Below are positions 19,558 through 29,551 of a DNA stretch of 64,000 nucleotides, piece by piece; positions within the stretch are counted from its first letter, which is position 1, and every line of letters starts with the position of its first letter. The notes beneath the pieces were generated by a model. That model was not told where the DNA came from. It did not search any database and was given only the letters and a program-made list of their open reading frames with translations. The DNA is taken from assembly GCA_018242585.1 (NCBI GenBank), contig JAFEBQ010000040.1, positions 18,090-82,089 on the forward strand, read 5' to 3'. Both the position numbers and the translations under genes were made by a program. The DNA is from Planctomycetota bacterium (GTDB lineage Bacteria > Planctomycetota > Planctomycetia > Pirellulales > PNKZ01).

Positions 19558-22010
19558 GTTGGCTCAACACGCTACTTGGTCGCGCGCCAGGCGCTGGCCA
19601 CGCCAGCTTGGTCGATTTTCGACTGTCGCTGTCGGCCGAATGGGCACAGCAGTTCCCCTGGCTGGCGTGGGGCTGCGTGGCGCTGTTGATCTTGGTCACG
19701 GTGTTGTTCTATCGCCGCTATCAAGCGGTTCGCTCGCGCAGCGTGCGATTCTTGCTGACCACGTTGCGGGCGGCGGCGCTGGCGTTGGTGTTGCTGCTGC
19801 TGGCCGAGCCTTCGCTGGTGATGCGAGTGGATCGACAGCCGCGGCCTTGGCTCTGGCTGCTGTTCGACGGCACGCAAAGCATGGCGATCGCCGACGATTT
19901 GGCGACGACGCAGCGCCAACAGTTGAACAACGTGCTCGACTTGCCCGCATCGTCGACCGTGCCCGATCGGCAAGAGTATGTAAAGTCGCTACTGCGCCGT
20001 GAGCGCGACCCCTGGATCGCGCGCCTATCCGAACGATTTCGACTGAGGGCATTCATCTTCGATCGTAATGCTGGGGTCCGCCCCCTGCAGAACGAAGCGT
20101 CGAGCGACACCGCGCTGACTGGTCAACAACTCGCCGAACAATTAACCAGCAATGGCGAAGTGACGGCCATCGGCAACGCGCTGGCCGACCTGGCCCATCG
20201 ACATACCAGCCAGAACCTGGCCGGGGTCGTCGTGGTGAGCGACTTTGATCAGAACTCGGGCTTGCCCGCTCTGACAACGGTGGAACGGCTGCATGCACCG
20301 ATCTACACCGTGGGTATCGGCCCCGAAGCGGCAGTCGATCTGTCAATTGAATTGACAGCGCCGCTATTACTGAAGAAATCAGAGGCGGCCTCGCTAACGG
20401 TGACGCTCAAACAAACTGAACTAGAAGGGCGCACCGTCAACGTCCGGCTGATTGGCTGGCCGCCGGGACATAGCGAGGGACCGAACACGTCACGCGTGCT
20501 CGGCGAGCGACAGGTTGAGCTGTCGGGCGAGACCATGACCATTAACATGCCGGTCACGCCCGAGGAAGTTGGCCGCTGGGTCTTTGCCGCCGAAGTCGAT
20601 CCGCAAGAAGGAGAAGTCGTTCGCGAAAACAACGTCGCCCGGCGCGAAGCGGTGGTCCAGGACAACTTCTTGCGCTTGATGTTCGTCGAGCACGAACCGA
20701 CTTGGGAGTGGCGATTCGTCAAGGAAGTTTTCCACCGCGACCCATTGGTGGGTCAGCGGGGTTTCCGCACGTTTTTACGTTCGGCCGATCCCAAGGTGCG
20801 ACAGTCGAACGAATTGTTCCTGCCGTCGCTCGTGCCCCCGCGGAGCGAGTTCTTTGCCAACGATGTGATCTTTCTGGGAGATGTGCCGGGGCAATCGCTG
20901 AGCACCCGTTTTGGCGAGCGCGTGAAAGAGTTTGTCGACATGTTTGGGGGCGGACTGGTGGTCATGGCCGGCCCTAATTTCGGTCCCGGCCAGTTGGCCC
21001 ATACGCCGCTGGCCGACTTGCTCCCCGTGGTGGTCGACCCCGACGCGCGGCTGCGCGACGAGCGGCCGTTTGCGCCGCGGCTGACGCCCGAGGCCTCGCA
21101 CTACGACTTCATGCAACTGGGCGCGACACCGCAGGAGAATCGCGAGGCCTGGAGCGCGCTGAACCCGTTGCCTTGGTATCAGCCAGTGTTGCGCGTGCGC
21201 GACGGAGCGACGATCCTGTTGGCCCATCCGACCGATCGTTGCGTCGACGGCCGCACGCCGCAGCCGCTCTTGGTGATGCGTCCCTATGGCAAAGGCCAGG
21301 TGGTCTATCTGGCGTTCAACGAGATGTGGCGACTGCGCCGCAAGTACGGCGAAAAGTATTACCGGCACTTCTGGGCCCAAATGATCTATCGGCTGGGACT
21401 GAGCCACACGCTCGGCAGCCAGAAGCGATTCGTCGTTCGCACCGATCGGCAAAGCTATCAGGTCGATGACTCGGTCTTGGTGACGGTTGACGCTTTTGAC
21501 GAGGATTACGACCCGCTCACTAGCGACAAACTTCCCGATCGCAAGCTCGTCGGTCATGTCTCGCTACCGGCGCGTGGCGCGGCCGGCTCGTCGACCGCCG
21601 CTGGTAGCAACGCATCACGCGACCAGCAACCGTTGTCGCTGGCGCAAGTCCGGCCGGGCGTCTATGAAACGCGTTTGACCGCGCTGGTTGAAGGGGAGCA
21701 TCGGATTCAGATCGAAGATCCGCTGGCCCGACAACCGGTCGAAGTGACGTTCCAGGTCACGCCTATTTCGGTCGAGCGGCGGACCGCGCGGCGGAATGTG
21801 TCGCTCCAGCAGCAACTGGCGGCCCAGACCGGCGGTCGCAGCTATGATCTGATCACCGCCGACCGATTGCCCGAGGAAATTCCGGCCCACGGCCGAAGTC
21901 AGTCCTCGATTGAAGTCATCCCGTTGGGTCATAATTGGATTGTGTTTCTGTTCCTGGTCTGCACGCTGATTGTCGAATGGCTACTGCGCAAGTTAATCAA
22001 CCTGGCCTAG
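19554..22010 (+). CDS. vWA-like membrane protein (Bat-operon type)
   Basis: The ATG at 19554 overlaps the upstream stop (ATGA). TM helices near the N-terminus. LLFDGTQSMAI MIDAS-like motif. C-terminal TM NWIVFLFLVCTLIVEWLL. The track start at 19464 is judged an upstream extension. Confidence 0.75.
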   Translation: MSWLNTLLGRAPGAGHASLVDFRLSLSAEWAQQFPWLAWGCVALLILVTVLFYRRYQAVRSRSVRFLLTTLRAAALALVLLLLAEPSLVMRVDRQPRPWLWLLFDGTQSMAIADDLATTQRQQLNNVLDLPASSTVPDRQEYVKSLLRRERDPWIARLSERFRLRAFIFDRNAGVRPLQNEASSDTALTGQQLAEQLTSNGEVTAIGNALADLAHRHTSQNLAGVVVVSDFDQNSGLPALTTVERLHAPIYTVGIGPEAAVDLSIELTAPLLLKKSEAASLTVTLKQTELEGRTVNVRLIGWPPGHSEGPNTSRVLGERQVELSGETMTINMPVTPEEVGRWVFAAEVDPQEGEVVRENNVARREAVVQDNFLRLMFVEHEPTWEWRFVKEVFHRDPLVGQRGFRTFLRSADPKVRQSNELFLPSLVPPRSEFFANDVIFLGDVPGQSLSTRFGERVKEFVDMFGGGLVVMAGPNFGPGQLAHTPLADLLPVVVDPDARLRDERPFAPRLTPEASHYDFMQLGATPQENREAWSALNPLPWYQPVLRVRDGATILLAHPTDRCVDGRTPQPLLVMRPYGKGQVVYLAFNEMWRLRRKYGEKYYRHFWAQMIYRLGLSHTLGSQKRFVVRTDRQSYQVDDSVLVTVDAFDEDYDPLTSDKLPDRKLVGHVSLPARGAAGSSTAAGSNASRDQQPLSLAQVRPGVYETRLTALVEGEHRIQIEDPLARQPVEVTFQVTPISVERRTARRNVSLQQQLAAQTGGRSYDLITADRLPEEIPAHGRSQSSIEVIPLGHNWIVFLFLVCTLIVEWLLRKLINLA

Positions 22011-23659
22011 CGATCGGGGCGCGCTCGCCCTTGCGCGCGCGGTTGCGCCGCATTGCGCGCCGGCGTGCGCGGCTGTGCTTGGCGACCCAGCTTTGCCGCG
22101 CGCTGTGGGTGGCGGTGGTGTTGCTGGCGGTGGTGTTTGCGCTGGACTATCTGTTGAACCTGCGGGTCGGCGCTCGACTGTCGCTGTTGCTAGCTGCCGG
22201 TGTTGCATGGGCCGCGGCGTTGTGGCTGCACCGGGCGCGCGATAGCCGAGCAGGTGATGCCGAGCTGCGGACGGCCCTCTGGCTCGAACAGCAACACGCC
22301 TTGGAGAACGACCTGGTCGCGGCCCTGCAATTCGAGAAACCCGCCGCGCAAAGCTGGGGCTCGCGCATCCTGCGCGAAGCGGTGATCGGCTACGTTGGAC
22401 AATTTAGCGAGGAGTTAGACGCTGACTGGTCGCACGAACGCCGCGCGCTCAACCGGCAAGCCCTGTACGCCGGCGCGGCATTGCTGGCCGTGGGGCTGGC
22501 GACTCTGATCGCCCCGGCGCACCTGGGGGCTTTCGCTCGGCGTCTGGCGCTTCAACCGGCGCGCTATCCGACGGCCACGCGGATCGTCACGGTTTCCGTC
22601 AATGGCCAACCGATCGATATCGAACATGGTGGCACGACGCTCCGCTTGCCCTATGGCCAGCCGGTCCGCGTGGCGGCCAACGCCGAAGGCGCGATTCCGA
22701 CAGCGGGAATTGCCCTGTTGCGCACGGGCACTGACCGCGCGGCGGCCGAAGCCACGCTCGAAGCCGATGCCACAGTCGATGGTCATTTCAACCTGCAACT
22801 TTCCCGCCTGGTCGACGACGTCGAGTTGTCGCTGCGGCTGGGGGACGATACGACCGAACCGGTGAATATCCAAGCCATCGCGCTCCCCGTGGTGACGGTC
22901 AGCCTGGACGCCACGCCGCCGGAGTACGCGCGCTCGCAAGCCGCCGCCCCCGTGGGCTCGCATCAACTGGCCGTGGTCGAAGGGACCGATGTGACGATTC
23001 ATGTCGAATGCGCGAACAAGGGGCTCCGCTCGGCCGAGTGTACGATCGGCGAAGCCCGGTTCTCCTTGCGTTCGATGGCGGACAATCGGCATTGGACGCT
23101 CTTGCCCATGGGAACTCCGCTGGCCAACATTCACGAATTGATGCGCTACGAGATTCAGGTCGTCGACGAGGACGGGCTGTCGCTGGCCGAACCCCTGCAA
23201 GGGACCATTCGCATCAAGGCCGATCGGCCGCCCCGCGTGACCGCGGCCGTCGTCACCCAGCACGTCTTACCGACCGGCAAGCCGCGCATCAGCTTCGGGT
23301 CGACCGATGATTTCGGGCTGGCGAGCTTGCGGGTACGATGTCTGATACAGCGCGCGGACGGCACCAGTGACGAATCGACCTTTGAAGTGCCTCTGGCCGA
23401 GCCATTGCCACGACTGGCCCAAGGGCGCTGGCCGTTCGAGCTGCGCGATCTGAAGCTAATGAAAGGGGACCAGCTCAAGGTCACGCTCGAAGCCACCGAC
23501 TGGCGCGGCAAAACGCCGGGCAAGACGGCGTCGAGCGAGCCGCTGGTGCTCCACGTGACCGACGAGCGCGGCGTGCTGGCCGCGATGTCCGAGGCCGACC
23601 AACGAACCGCCCGACAGATGGACGCGATCATTCAACGTCAGTTGGGGTTGGGAGAATAA
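21977..23659 (+). CDS. Hypothetical membrane protein of the Bat/MoxR operon
   Basis: ORF in the operon frame with Arg-rich N-terminus followed by TM helices (LWVAVVLLAVVFALDYLL; LLLAAGVAWAAALWL; AGAALLAVGLATLIA). Start is uncertain: the ATG at 21977 overlaps the upstream gene by 34 nt. Confidence 0.6.
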   Translation: MATAQVNQPGLAIGARSPLRARLRRIARRRARLCLATQLCRALWVAVVLLAVVFALDYLLNLRVGARLSLLLAAGVAWAAALWLHRARDSRAGDAELRTALWLEQQHALENDLVAALQFEKPAAQSWGSRILREAVIGYVGQFSEELDADWSHERRALNRQALYAGAALLAVGLATLIAPAHLGAFARRLALQPARYPTATRIVTVSVNGQPIDIEHGGTTLRLPYGQPVRVAANAEGAIPTAGIALLRTGTDRAAAEATLEADATVDGHFNLQLSRLVDDVELSLRLGDDTTEPVNIQAIALPVVTVSLDATPPEYARSQAAAPVGSHQLAVVEGTDVTIHVECANKGLRSAECTIGEARFSLRSMADNRHWTLLPMGTPLANIHELMRYEIQVVDEDGLSLAEPLQGTIRIKADRPPRVTAAVVTQHVLPTGKPRISFGSTDDFGLASLRVRCLIQRADGTSDESTFEVPLAEPLPRLAQGRWPFELRDLKLMKGDQLKVTLEATDWRGKTPGKTASSEPLVLHVTDERGVLAAMSEADQRTARQMDAIIQRQLGLGE

Positions 23660-23660
23660 T

Positions 23661-26600
23661 ATGGACGGCACATGCCTTCGGCACATCGCCTTGATCATCC
23701 TGTGCGTCGCGGCGGCCATTGCGCCGATCCGCGCTGCCGAGGAAACGCCGCGCGTCACGGCGCTCGATGTCGAGACCCTGCGCCATAAGCAAGAACTACA
23801 ACAGCGCGCCCGCGACCTGGCCCGCGAGCTGGTCTCGGGCATTCTCGACCTGCAGTTGCAGCAACTGGAAGAAAACGGCCTCGACACGCTGCCGCTGTTC
23901 CGCGACATCCGGCAAATGCGGGCCAACATCGACGGGTTGATCGAAGCCGAGATGAACGAGGTGGTTGCGCTCTTGGTGCGCGCCCAGGACGAACAAGCGA
24001 CCGACCGCGAGAAATCATTCGTGGCCGCGCGACAGAAGATCCGCGACATCGTCGTCCGGTTGTCGGTCGAACGGCAGAATCTGCTTCGCCGGCTCAAGAC
24101 GGCGGAACTGGCGGCCCAGGTCAAGCGACTGCTTGCCGTCGAAGGGGTGGTCCTCGACGCCACGACCGCACTGACCGAGCAAGGTGGCGCGCGGCAAGAA
24201 GCGACGCTGCTCTCGGCCGTTCAGGACCAGCGCGATGCCAAGGCCCTCTACTTGCGGCTGCTCGAAGTCTTGCAAGACGTGCGAGGCTGGGGGGGCGAAG
24301 TGGGTCACGGGGCAGCCGAGGGGCTGATGCTCCTCAAGGCCGCGAACACTGGCGAGTCGGTCGATGCCGCGGTCCAGACCATGGACGCCGCCCAATTCAC
24401 CGCCGCGCGACAACACGTCACGGCGGTGATTCGCAGCTTGAGCGTGCTGCTCGAAAAGATCGAGCACACCCAAGGGCTGGTCGGCGCCGATCGCGAAGCG
24501 GCGCTCGAAATGGTCCGAGCCCTGAAAGAGCGACAAGAACAACTACGTGAAAAAACCCGCAACGAGACGCTCGACGATCCGTCGATCGAGCAGTTGGTCC
24601 AGCAACAAGCGGGCATTCAGAAGGATCTGGGGCGATTGGCCTCGCTGGTCAATGACAAGCCGACCGCCACGCCATTCGTCGAACAGGCGACGGCCGCCGC
24701 GTACCAGGCGTCGGGCATGATCTTCGACAGCCGACGTCCCGACGCCCTGGCCGAGCAAGGCAAAGTGCTGGGTAATCTCGCGGCGATCGAGGAACAACTG
24801 CAATCGGCCGCGGAACAAGATCGGGTCGACAAAAGCGCCGACGAATGGAAACAGTTGATTGCCGCGCTGGAGCAAGCCGGCAAACAAGCCGAACAGGCCA
24901 AACAGCAAACCCACGCCGCCGTGACGAAGCACGCGGCCGAGCAGCCCGACGTGGACAAGCATCTAGATCGCGCGGCCGAAGCGGTGGCGCGCCCGGCTCA
25001 GCCCGAGAACTTGCCGGCCATGCAAGTCGCCCAGCTCGACGCCGTGGCCACGGCCGCGCGCGACGCGAGTGCGATGGTCAACGATCCGGAAGCGGCCCCC
25101 GAAAGCGCGAAGCAAGCGATTGAGCAAGCCCGCCGCGCCGCCGATCAGGCCGCCGCTGAAATCGCCACGCAACTGGCCGACGCTCGCCGGCGGCGCTTGG
25201 CCGTCGAGGCCGGCGAGTTGGCTCGGGCTTCCGAAGTGGCTGAGCGCGCGGTGGCCTCGGCGCGGCGCTTGGCCGAGCCCATCACCGAGTCCGATAACAA
25301 GCAAGTCGCCGCCGCGCGCGAAGCCGAGCAACAGGCGCTAGGTCAAGTTTTGGGAGAGTTGGCCGAAGGCCTACGTGGTCAGTCGCCGCAAGTGGCCGAT
25401 CAGGTTGAGCAGGCTCGCCAGCAGGTCGCCGGACCAAAGCCCAATGCCCAGGCGGCCGTCGAGCCGCTGGCCAAAAGCGCCGCCCAGCTTCGTCAACAGG
25501 TAGCCGCTCGCGCTGGCGAACTCGATCGCGAAGCCCGCAAGCAGCTCGAAGCTCTGGCGCCGGTGCGCGCGGCCGTTGATGCCGCCGCCAAAGAGGAAGG
25601 CAAGTCGCTGACCGAGCGGATGCAGCGGCTGGCCGAGGCCGATCAAAAGCTGGCCCAAGCGGCCGTCGAACAGCAACGAGCGTCAGGCCGCCAGGAAGCC
25701 GCGGCGGGGCTGGAGTTGATGGACCAGTTGGCCGACGCCGGGCGGCAACAGCGTGAAGCCGCCCGGGCCGCCGAGGACGTGGCCAAGGGACGCACGGCAA
25801 CTCCTCTCGAAGCCACGCTGCGACAACAACGCGTGGCCGAAAGCCTGGCCAAGCTGCTGGAAGGCGCGCCGGCGAAGCCTGATACATCGGCAAAGCCTGA
25901 CGGAGCCGCGAAACCTGAGGAAGGGGCCAAGCCTGACGTACCCGCGACCGAAGCCGAGTCGCCGCTGGCCGAAGTTCGCGCCGCGCAGCAGATGGCGGCC
26001 GCCGCAGCCCGGCAAACTCTGGACGGCAACGCGCACGCGGCCGAGGAATCGCGCCATGAGGCCGAACGACACTTGAACAAGGCCGCCGAGCAAGCCGCCA
26101 AACAAGCCGAGCGGGCCGGCAAGGCTCCAGGTGGCGCGTTCGATATGGCGGCACAACGTCGTGTCGAACAAATGGCCGGCGAAGCCAAAGAGCTAACGAC
26201 ACAGGACGCGCCATTGGCGACGAAACCAATTGAACGCGCGCAAAGCGGCAGCCAGCGTGCAGGCGAGCATCTGGAGCAAGGCCGCCCGGAAGACACGATT
26301 GAATCACAACAGCAGACGGCCGAGGCGATAGAAGAAGCGCGTCGCCAGATCGCCGCTGCGCGCAAGAAGCTGGCGAGTGAGCAGGCCGAGCAGATGCAAT
26401 CGACCAGCAAGCAATTGGCCGCGTTGGCCGAACAAAGCGGCAAGGTCGACGCCCCGGCGGCGGCTTCGTTGGAAGCGGCGGCCACAGCGGCCAAGAACGC
26501 CGCCGAGCATCCCGCGCCCGAAAGCCAACCGAACGAAGCGGCTGAGCGCGAGATCGATCGATCGCACGAGCGTGCCTCGGCCAGCCTGGCCGCTCGGCAG

Positions 26601-27479
26601 CAGCGATTGTCGCAAGACATGTGGCTGGCCCAGTCGATGAAGAACGCCACCAGCCAGCAACAAGACGCAGCCAAGATGCTCGATCGGTTGCGACAGAACG
26701 CGGCTCAACAAAAGGCCGCGGCCGACGCCAAGCAAACGCCGAAACAGTCGGCCGCACAGCGCCGTCAGCAAGCCAACGCGATGGAATCGTTCGCCCAGGC
26801 GCAGACCACGATTGGCCAGGCGGCCGAAGACGTCTCGGGACAAAGCGAGATTTCCAACGAGGCGCTGCGCAAGGCGCTGCAAGACGCCCAGGGCTTAAGC
26901 GGCGACGAGCCAACCATGACTGCTGACGATGCCGACCGGCAAACGTCGAACCAGGCCGCGGCCCCTAACGCGGAGAATGGCACGTCGGGGCAAGCGAAAG
27001 CCGCCCAGCCATCGGCCAATGGCGCGCCGGCCGGCAACTCGCCGGCGGCGATGGGGACCAAGTTCATTCCGCAATCGCCCGACGTCACGGCCCAACAAGT
27101 CGCCGGCGCGACCAAGGCCGCGGCTGCTGACGAGGCCTCGGCCATGGCGGCCAACAACTCGGGCGAAGGAGAAACCGCAGATAGTTCCGATGGCGCGCAA
27201 GGGACAGCGTCGTCATCAACCGCGGCTTCGGGCCAGGGGGAGAACGCCGAGGGAACGAACTCGTCGGGAGGCAACAGCCAGTCGGGCGCGTCGGCCCAGG
27301 CCAAGCCGACCGGCTTGTCAAAGGACGACCGGGCGGCCGCGGCTCGGGCGTTCCGCGAAGAACCGTGGGTGGCCAAATTGCCGCCGTCGCTGCGCGACGC
27401 GATTCGGGCGCAATCACAACGGCCGGCGCCGCGGGCCTACCAGGAACGGCTGCGAAGGTATTATGAGAGCTTGGAGTGA
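23661..27479 (+). CDS. 1272-aa Ala/Gln/Glu/Arg-rich predicted coiled-coil / low-complexity secreted protein
   Basis: Starts 1 nt after the upstream stop. Signal peptide MDGTCLRHIALIILCVAAAIAPIRAAEE. Very long helical low-complexity body. C-terminal REEPWVAKLPPSLRDAIRAQ...YQERLRRYYESLE. Confidence 0.7.
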   Translation: MDGTCLRHIALIILCVAAAIAPIRAAEETPRVTALDVETLRHKQELQQRARDLARELVSGILDLQLQQLEENGLDTLPLFRDIRQMRANIDGLIEAEMNEVVALLVRAQDEQATDREKSFVAARQKIRDIVVRLSVERQNLLRRLKTAELAAQVKRLLAVEGVVLDATTALTEQGGARQEATLLSAVQDQRDAKALYLRLLEVLQDVRGWGGEVGHGAAEGLMLLKAANTGESVDAAVQTMDAAQFTAARQHVTAVIRSLSVLLEKIEHTQGLVGADREAALEMVRALKERQEQLREKTRNETLDDPSIEQLVQQQAGIQKDLGRLASLVNDKPTATPFVEQATAAAYQASGMIFDSRRPDALAEQGKVLGNLAAIEEQLQSAAEQDRVDKSADEWKQLIAALEQAGKQAEQAKQQTHAAVTKHAAEQPDVDKHLDRAAEAVARPAQPENLPAMQVAQLDAVATAARDASAMVNDPEAAPESAKQAIEQARRAADQAAAEIATQLADARRRRLAVEAGELARASEVAERAVASARRLAEPITESDNKQVAAAREAEQQALGQVLGELAEGLRGQSPQVADQVEQARQQVAGPKPNAQAAVEPLAKSAAQLRQQVAARAGELDREARKQLEALAPVRAAVDAAAKEEGKSLTERMQRLAEADQKLAQAAVEQQRASGRQEAAAGLELMDQLADAGRQQREAARAAEDVAKGRTATPLEATLRQQRVAESLAKLLEGAPAKPDTSAKPDGAAKPEEGAKPDVPATEAESPLAEVRAAQQMAAAAARQTLDGNAHAAEESRHEAERHLNKAAEQAAKQAERAGKAPGGAFDMAAQRRVEQMAGEAKELTTQDAPLATKPIERAQSGSQRAGEHLEQGRPEDTIESQQQTAEAIEEARRQIAAARKKLASEQAEQMQSTSKQLAALAEQSGKVDAPAAASLEAAATAAKNAAEHPAPESQPNEAAEREIDRSHERASASLAARQQRLSQDMWLAQSMKNATSQQQDAAKMLDRLRQNAAQQKAAADAKQTPKQSAAQRRQQANAMESFAQAQTTIGQAAEDVSGQSEISNEALRKALQDAQGLSGDEPTMTADDADRQTSNQAAAPNAENGTSGQAKAAQPSANGAPAGNSPAAMGTKFIPQSPDVTAQQVAGATKAAAADEASAMAANNSGEGETADSSDGAQGTASSSTAASGQGENAEGTNSSGGNSQSGASAQAKPTGLSKDDRAAAARAFREEPWVAKLPPSLRDAIRAQSQRPAPRAYQERLRRYYESLE

Positions 27480-27598
27480 GTTTGATACTCGCTGCCGTTT
27501 CGCACTGTCGAACAAGCCACCAGTGGCACCCCGCAGTGGGTGCGGGCGAACAGCGAGCAAGCCAATAAGCATCGTGATCGACAACGGGAGAACTGTCT

Positions 27599-28630
27599 GT
27601 GTCTGAAATGTTGACGGAACAAGATGACATTGCCGCGGTACAGGCTTGCGAAAAGATGTACCAGCGCATCCGGCAAGAACTCGGCAAGAGCATTGTCGGC
27701 CAGGATGAAGTGATCGAGCAAGTGCTGGTCTCGATCTTCGCCCGCGGCCACGCGCTGCTCGAAGGGGTGCCGGGGCTGGCCAAGACACTGCTGGTAAACT
27801 CGCTGGCCCAGGTGCTCGACCTGACGTTCAAGCGCATTCAGTTCACGCCCGACCTGATGCCCAGCGACGTGACCGGCACCGACATCATTCAAGAGAACTC
27901 GGTCACGCGGACGCGCGAGTACCAGTTCCTGCCGGGTCCGTTGTTCGCCAACATGATCCTGGCCGACGAAATCAATCGCACGCCGCCGAAAACGCAGGCC
28001 GCGATGCTCGAAGCCATGCAAGAACGGCAGATCACCGTCGGCAACAAGGTGCATATCCTGCCGTCGCCGTTCTTCGTGCTGGCCACGCAGAACCCGTTGG
28101 AGCAGGAAGGAACCTATCCGTTGCCCGAGGCGCAGCTCGACCGGTTCTTGCTCTACATCCGCTTGCAATACCCCAGCGGCGCCGACGAGTGGGAGATCGC
28201 GCGGCGCGTGACCGGCGGCAGCCTGAAGCCGCTCGAACCGGTCGCTTCGGCCGATGAGATCCTGGCCGTGCAAGAGCTGGTGACGCGCGTGCCGATCAGC
28301 GATCATGTACTCGGGTTCGCCTGGGCACTGGTCCGCGCCTCGCGCCCCACCATGCCCGAGGCCCCTGACTTTGTGAACCAATGGGTCAGTTGGGGGGCCG
28401 GGCCACGCGGCTTGCTGACGTTGGTTTCGTGCGCCAAGGCGCGGGCGGTGCTGTACGGTCGCTATCACGCCACGGTCGGCGACGTGCAGGCAATGGCGCG
28501 GCCGGCGCTGCGACATCGGCTGGCGACCAACTATGCCGCCCAGGCCGCCGGCGTGAACGTCGAGCAGATCATCGAGACGCTGATGGAAGCGGTCCCCGCT
28601 TCGCGCACCTACGAGCGACCCGCGGAGTAG
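27599..28630 (+). CDS. MoxR-family AAA+ ATPase
   Basis: Walker A GVPGLAKT, Walker B ILADEINR, and LEAMQERQITV. GTG start with GGGAG 8 nt upstream. Confidence 0.92.
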   Translation: MSEMLTEQDDIAAVQACEKMYQRIRQELGKSIVGQDEVIEQVLVSIFARGHALLEGVPGLAKTLLVNSLAQVLDLTFKRIQFTPDLMPSDVTGTDIIQENSVTRTREYQFLPGPLFANMILADEINRTPPKTQAAMLEAMQERQITVGNKVHILPSPFFVLATQNPLEQEGTYPLPEAQLDRFLLYIRLQYPSGADEWEIARRVTGGSLKPLEPVASADEILAVQELVTRVPISDHVLGFAWALVRASRPTMPEAPDFVNQWVSWGAGPRGLLTLVSCAKARAVLYGRYHATVGDVQAMARPALRHRLATNYAAQAAGVNVEQIIETLMEAVPASRTYERPAE

Positions 28631-28637
28631 TGCGACG

Positions 28638-29543
28638 ATGTCGGCGACTGTCTTATCGCGCTATCTCGATGCCGACGTGCTGAGCCGCATCGCCAACCGG
28701 CGGATCGAGCCGCGGGGGTTGGTGCTGGGGAACCTGGCGGGCTCGCATCGCTCGCCGCTGGCAGGGTTTGCCGTCGAGTTCGCCGGGCATCGCGAGTACG
28801 TGCGCGGCGACGATCCGCGGCACATCGATTGGCGGCTCTTTTATCGCCGCGACAAGTACTTCATCAAACAGTACGAGATGGAGACCAACCTGGTCTGCCA
28901 TCTGCTGCTGGACCATAGCGCATCAATGCGCTATGGCGAAGGCGACGAGCAAAAGCTGCGCTACGCGGCCCGTTTGGTGGCGACGCTGGGACACGCGATT
29001 GCCCAGCAGCGCGACAAGGTCTCGCTTGGCACGTTCGACGAACGTGTGACGGGGCACGTGCCGCCGGGCAACTCGATGGCTCAGATCGTGCGGATGACCG
29101 AGCACCTCGATCGGAGCGAACCAAAACAAAAGACGCGGCTGGCCGAAAGCCTGGTCGAACTCTGCCAGCGCACCGGACGGCGCGAGATCGTGATAATCTT
29201 CAGCGACTTCTTCGGCGACCTGGCCGCGCTGGAACCGGTGCTACAGCGATACCGCTTTCAACAACACGAAGTGGTGCTGTTCCAGGTGATGCACCACGAT
29301 GAGCTGCACTTCGAATTCGAGGGAATGGTCAAGTTTATCGGCCTGGAAGCGGCCGACGAGATGCTGACCCAACCCGAGGAATTACGACGCAGTTACCTGC
29401 AAGCGATGCAGCGGTTCAACACGCAACTCGATGAACTGTGCCGGCGTAATCGGATCGAGCGAGTGCTAGTCGACACGCGGCGCGAACTGGCTGGGGTGCT
29501 GATCGATTATCTGAACCAGCGCGCCGGCCTGCGCCGGCATTGA
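28638..29543 (+). CDS. DUF58 protein (vWA-like partner of MoxR)
   Basis: Motif FAGHREYVRGDDPRHIDWR. Starts 7 nt downstream of the MoxR gene. Confidence 0.9.
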   Translation: MSATVLSRYLDADVLSRIANRRIEPRGLVLGNLAGSHRSPLAGFAVEFAGHREYVRGDDPRHIDWRLFYRRDKYFIKQYEMETNLVCHLLLDHSASMRYGEGDEQKLRYAARLVATLGHAIAQQRDKVSLGTFDERVTGHVPPGNSMAQIVRMTEHLDRSEPKQKTRLAESLVELCQRTGRREIVIIFSDFFGDLAALEPVLQRYRFQQHEVVLFQVMHHDELHFEFEGMVKFIGLEAADEMLTQPEELRRSYLQAMQRFNTQLDELCRRNRIERVLVDTRRELAGVLIDYLNQRAGLRRH

Positions 29544-29551
29544 AAGCGACG

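Noticed and set aside
25282-26913. 543-aa and 343-aa minus-strand ORFs inside the giant low-complexity gene
   Set aside because: They are a by-product of the GC-rich, GCN/CAG-biased coding strand. The plus-strand frame has a signal peptide and operon context; the antisense frames are Arg/Pro/Ala or Ser/Ala/Cys runs.
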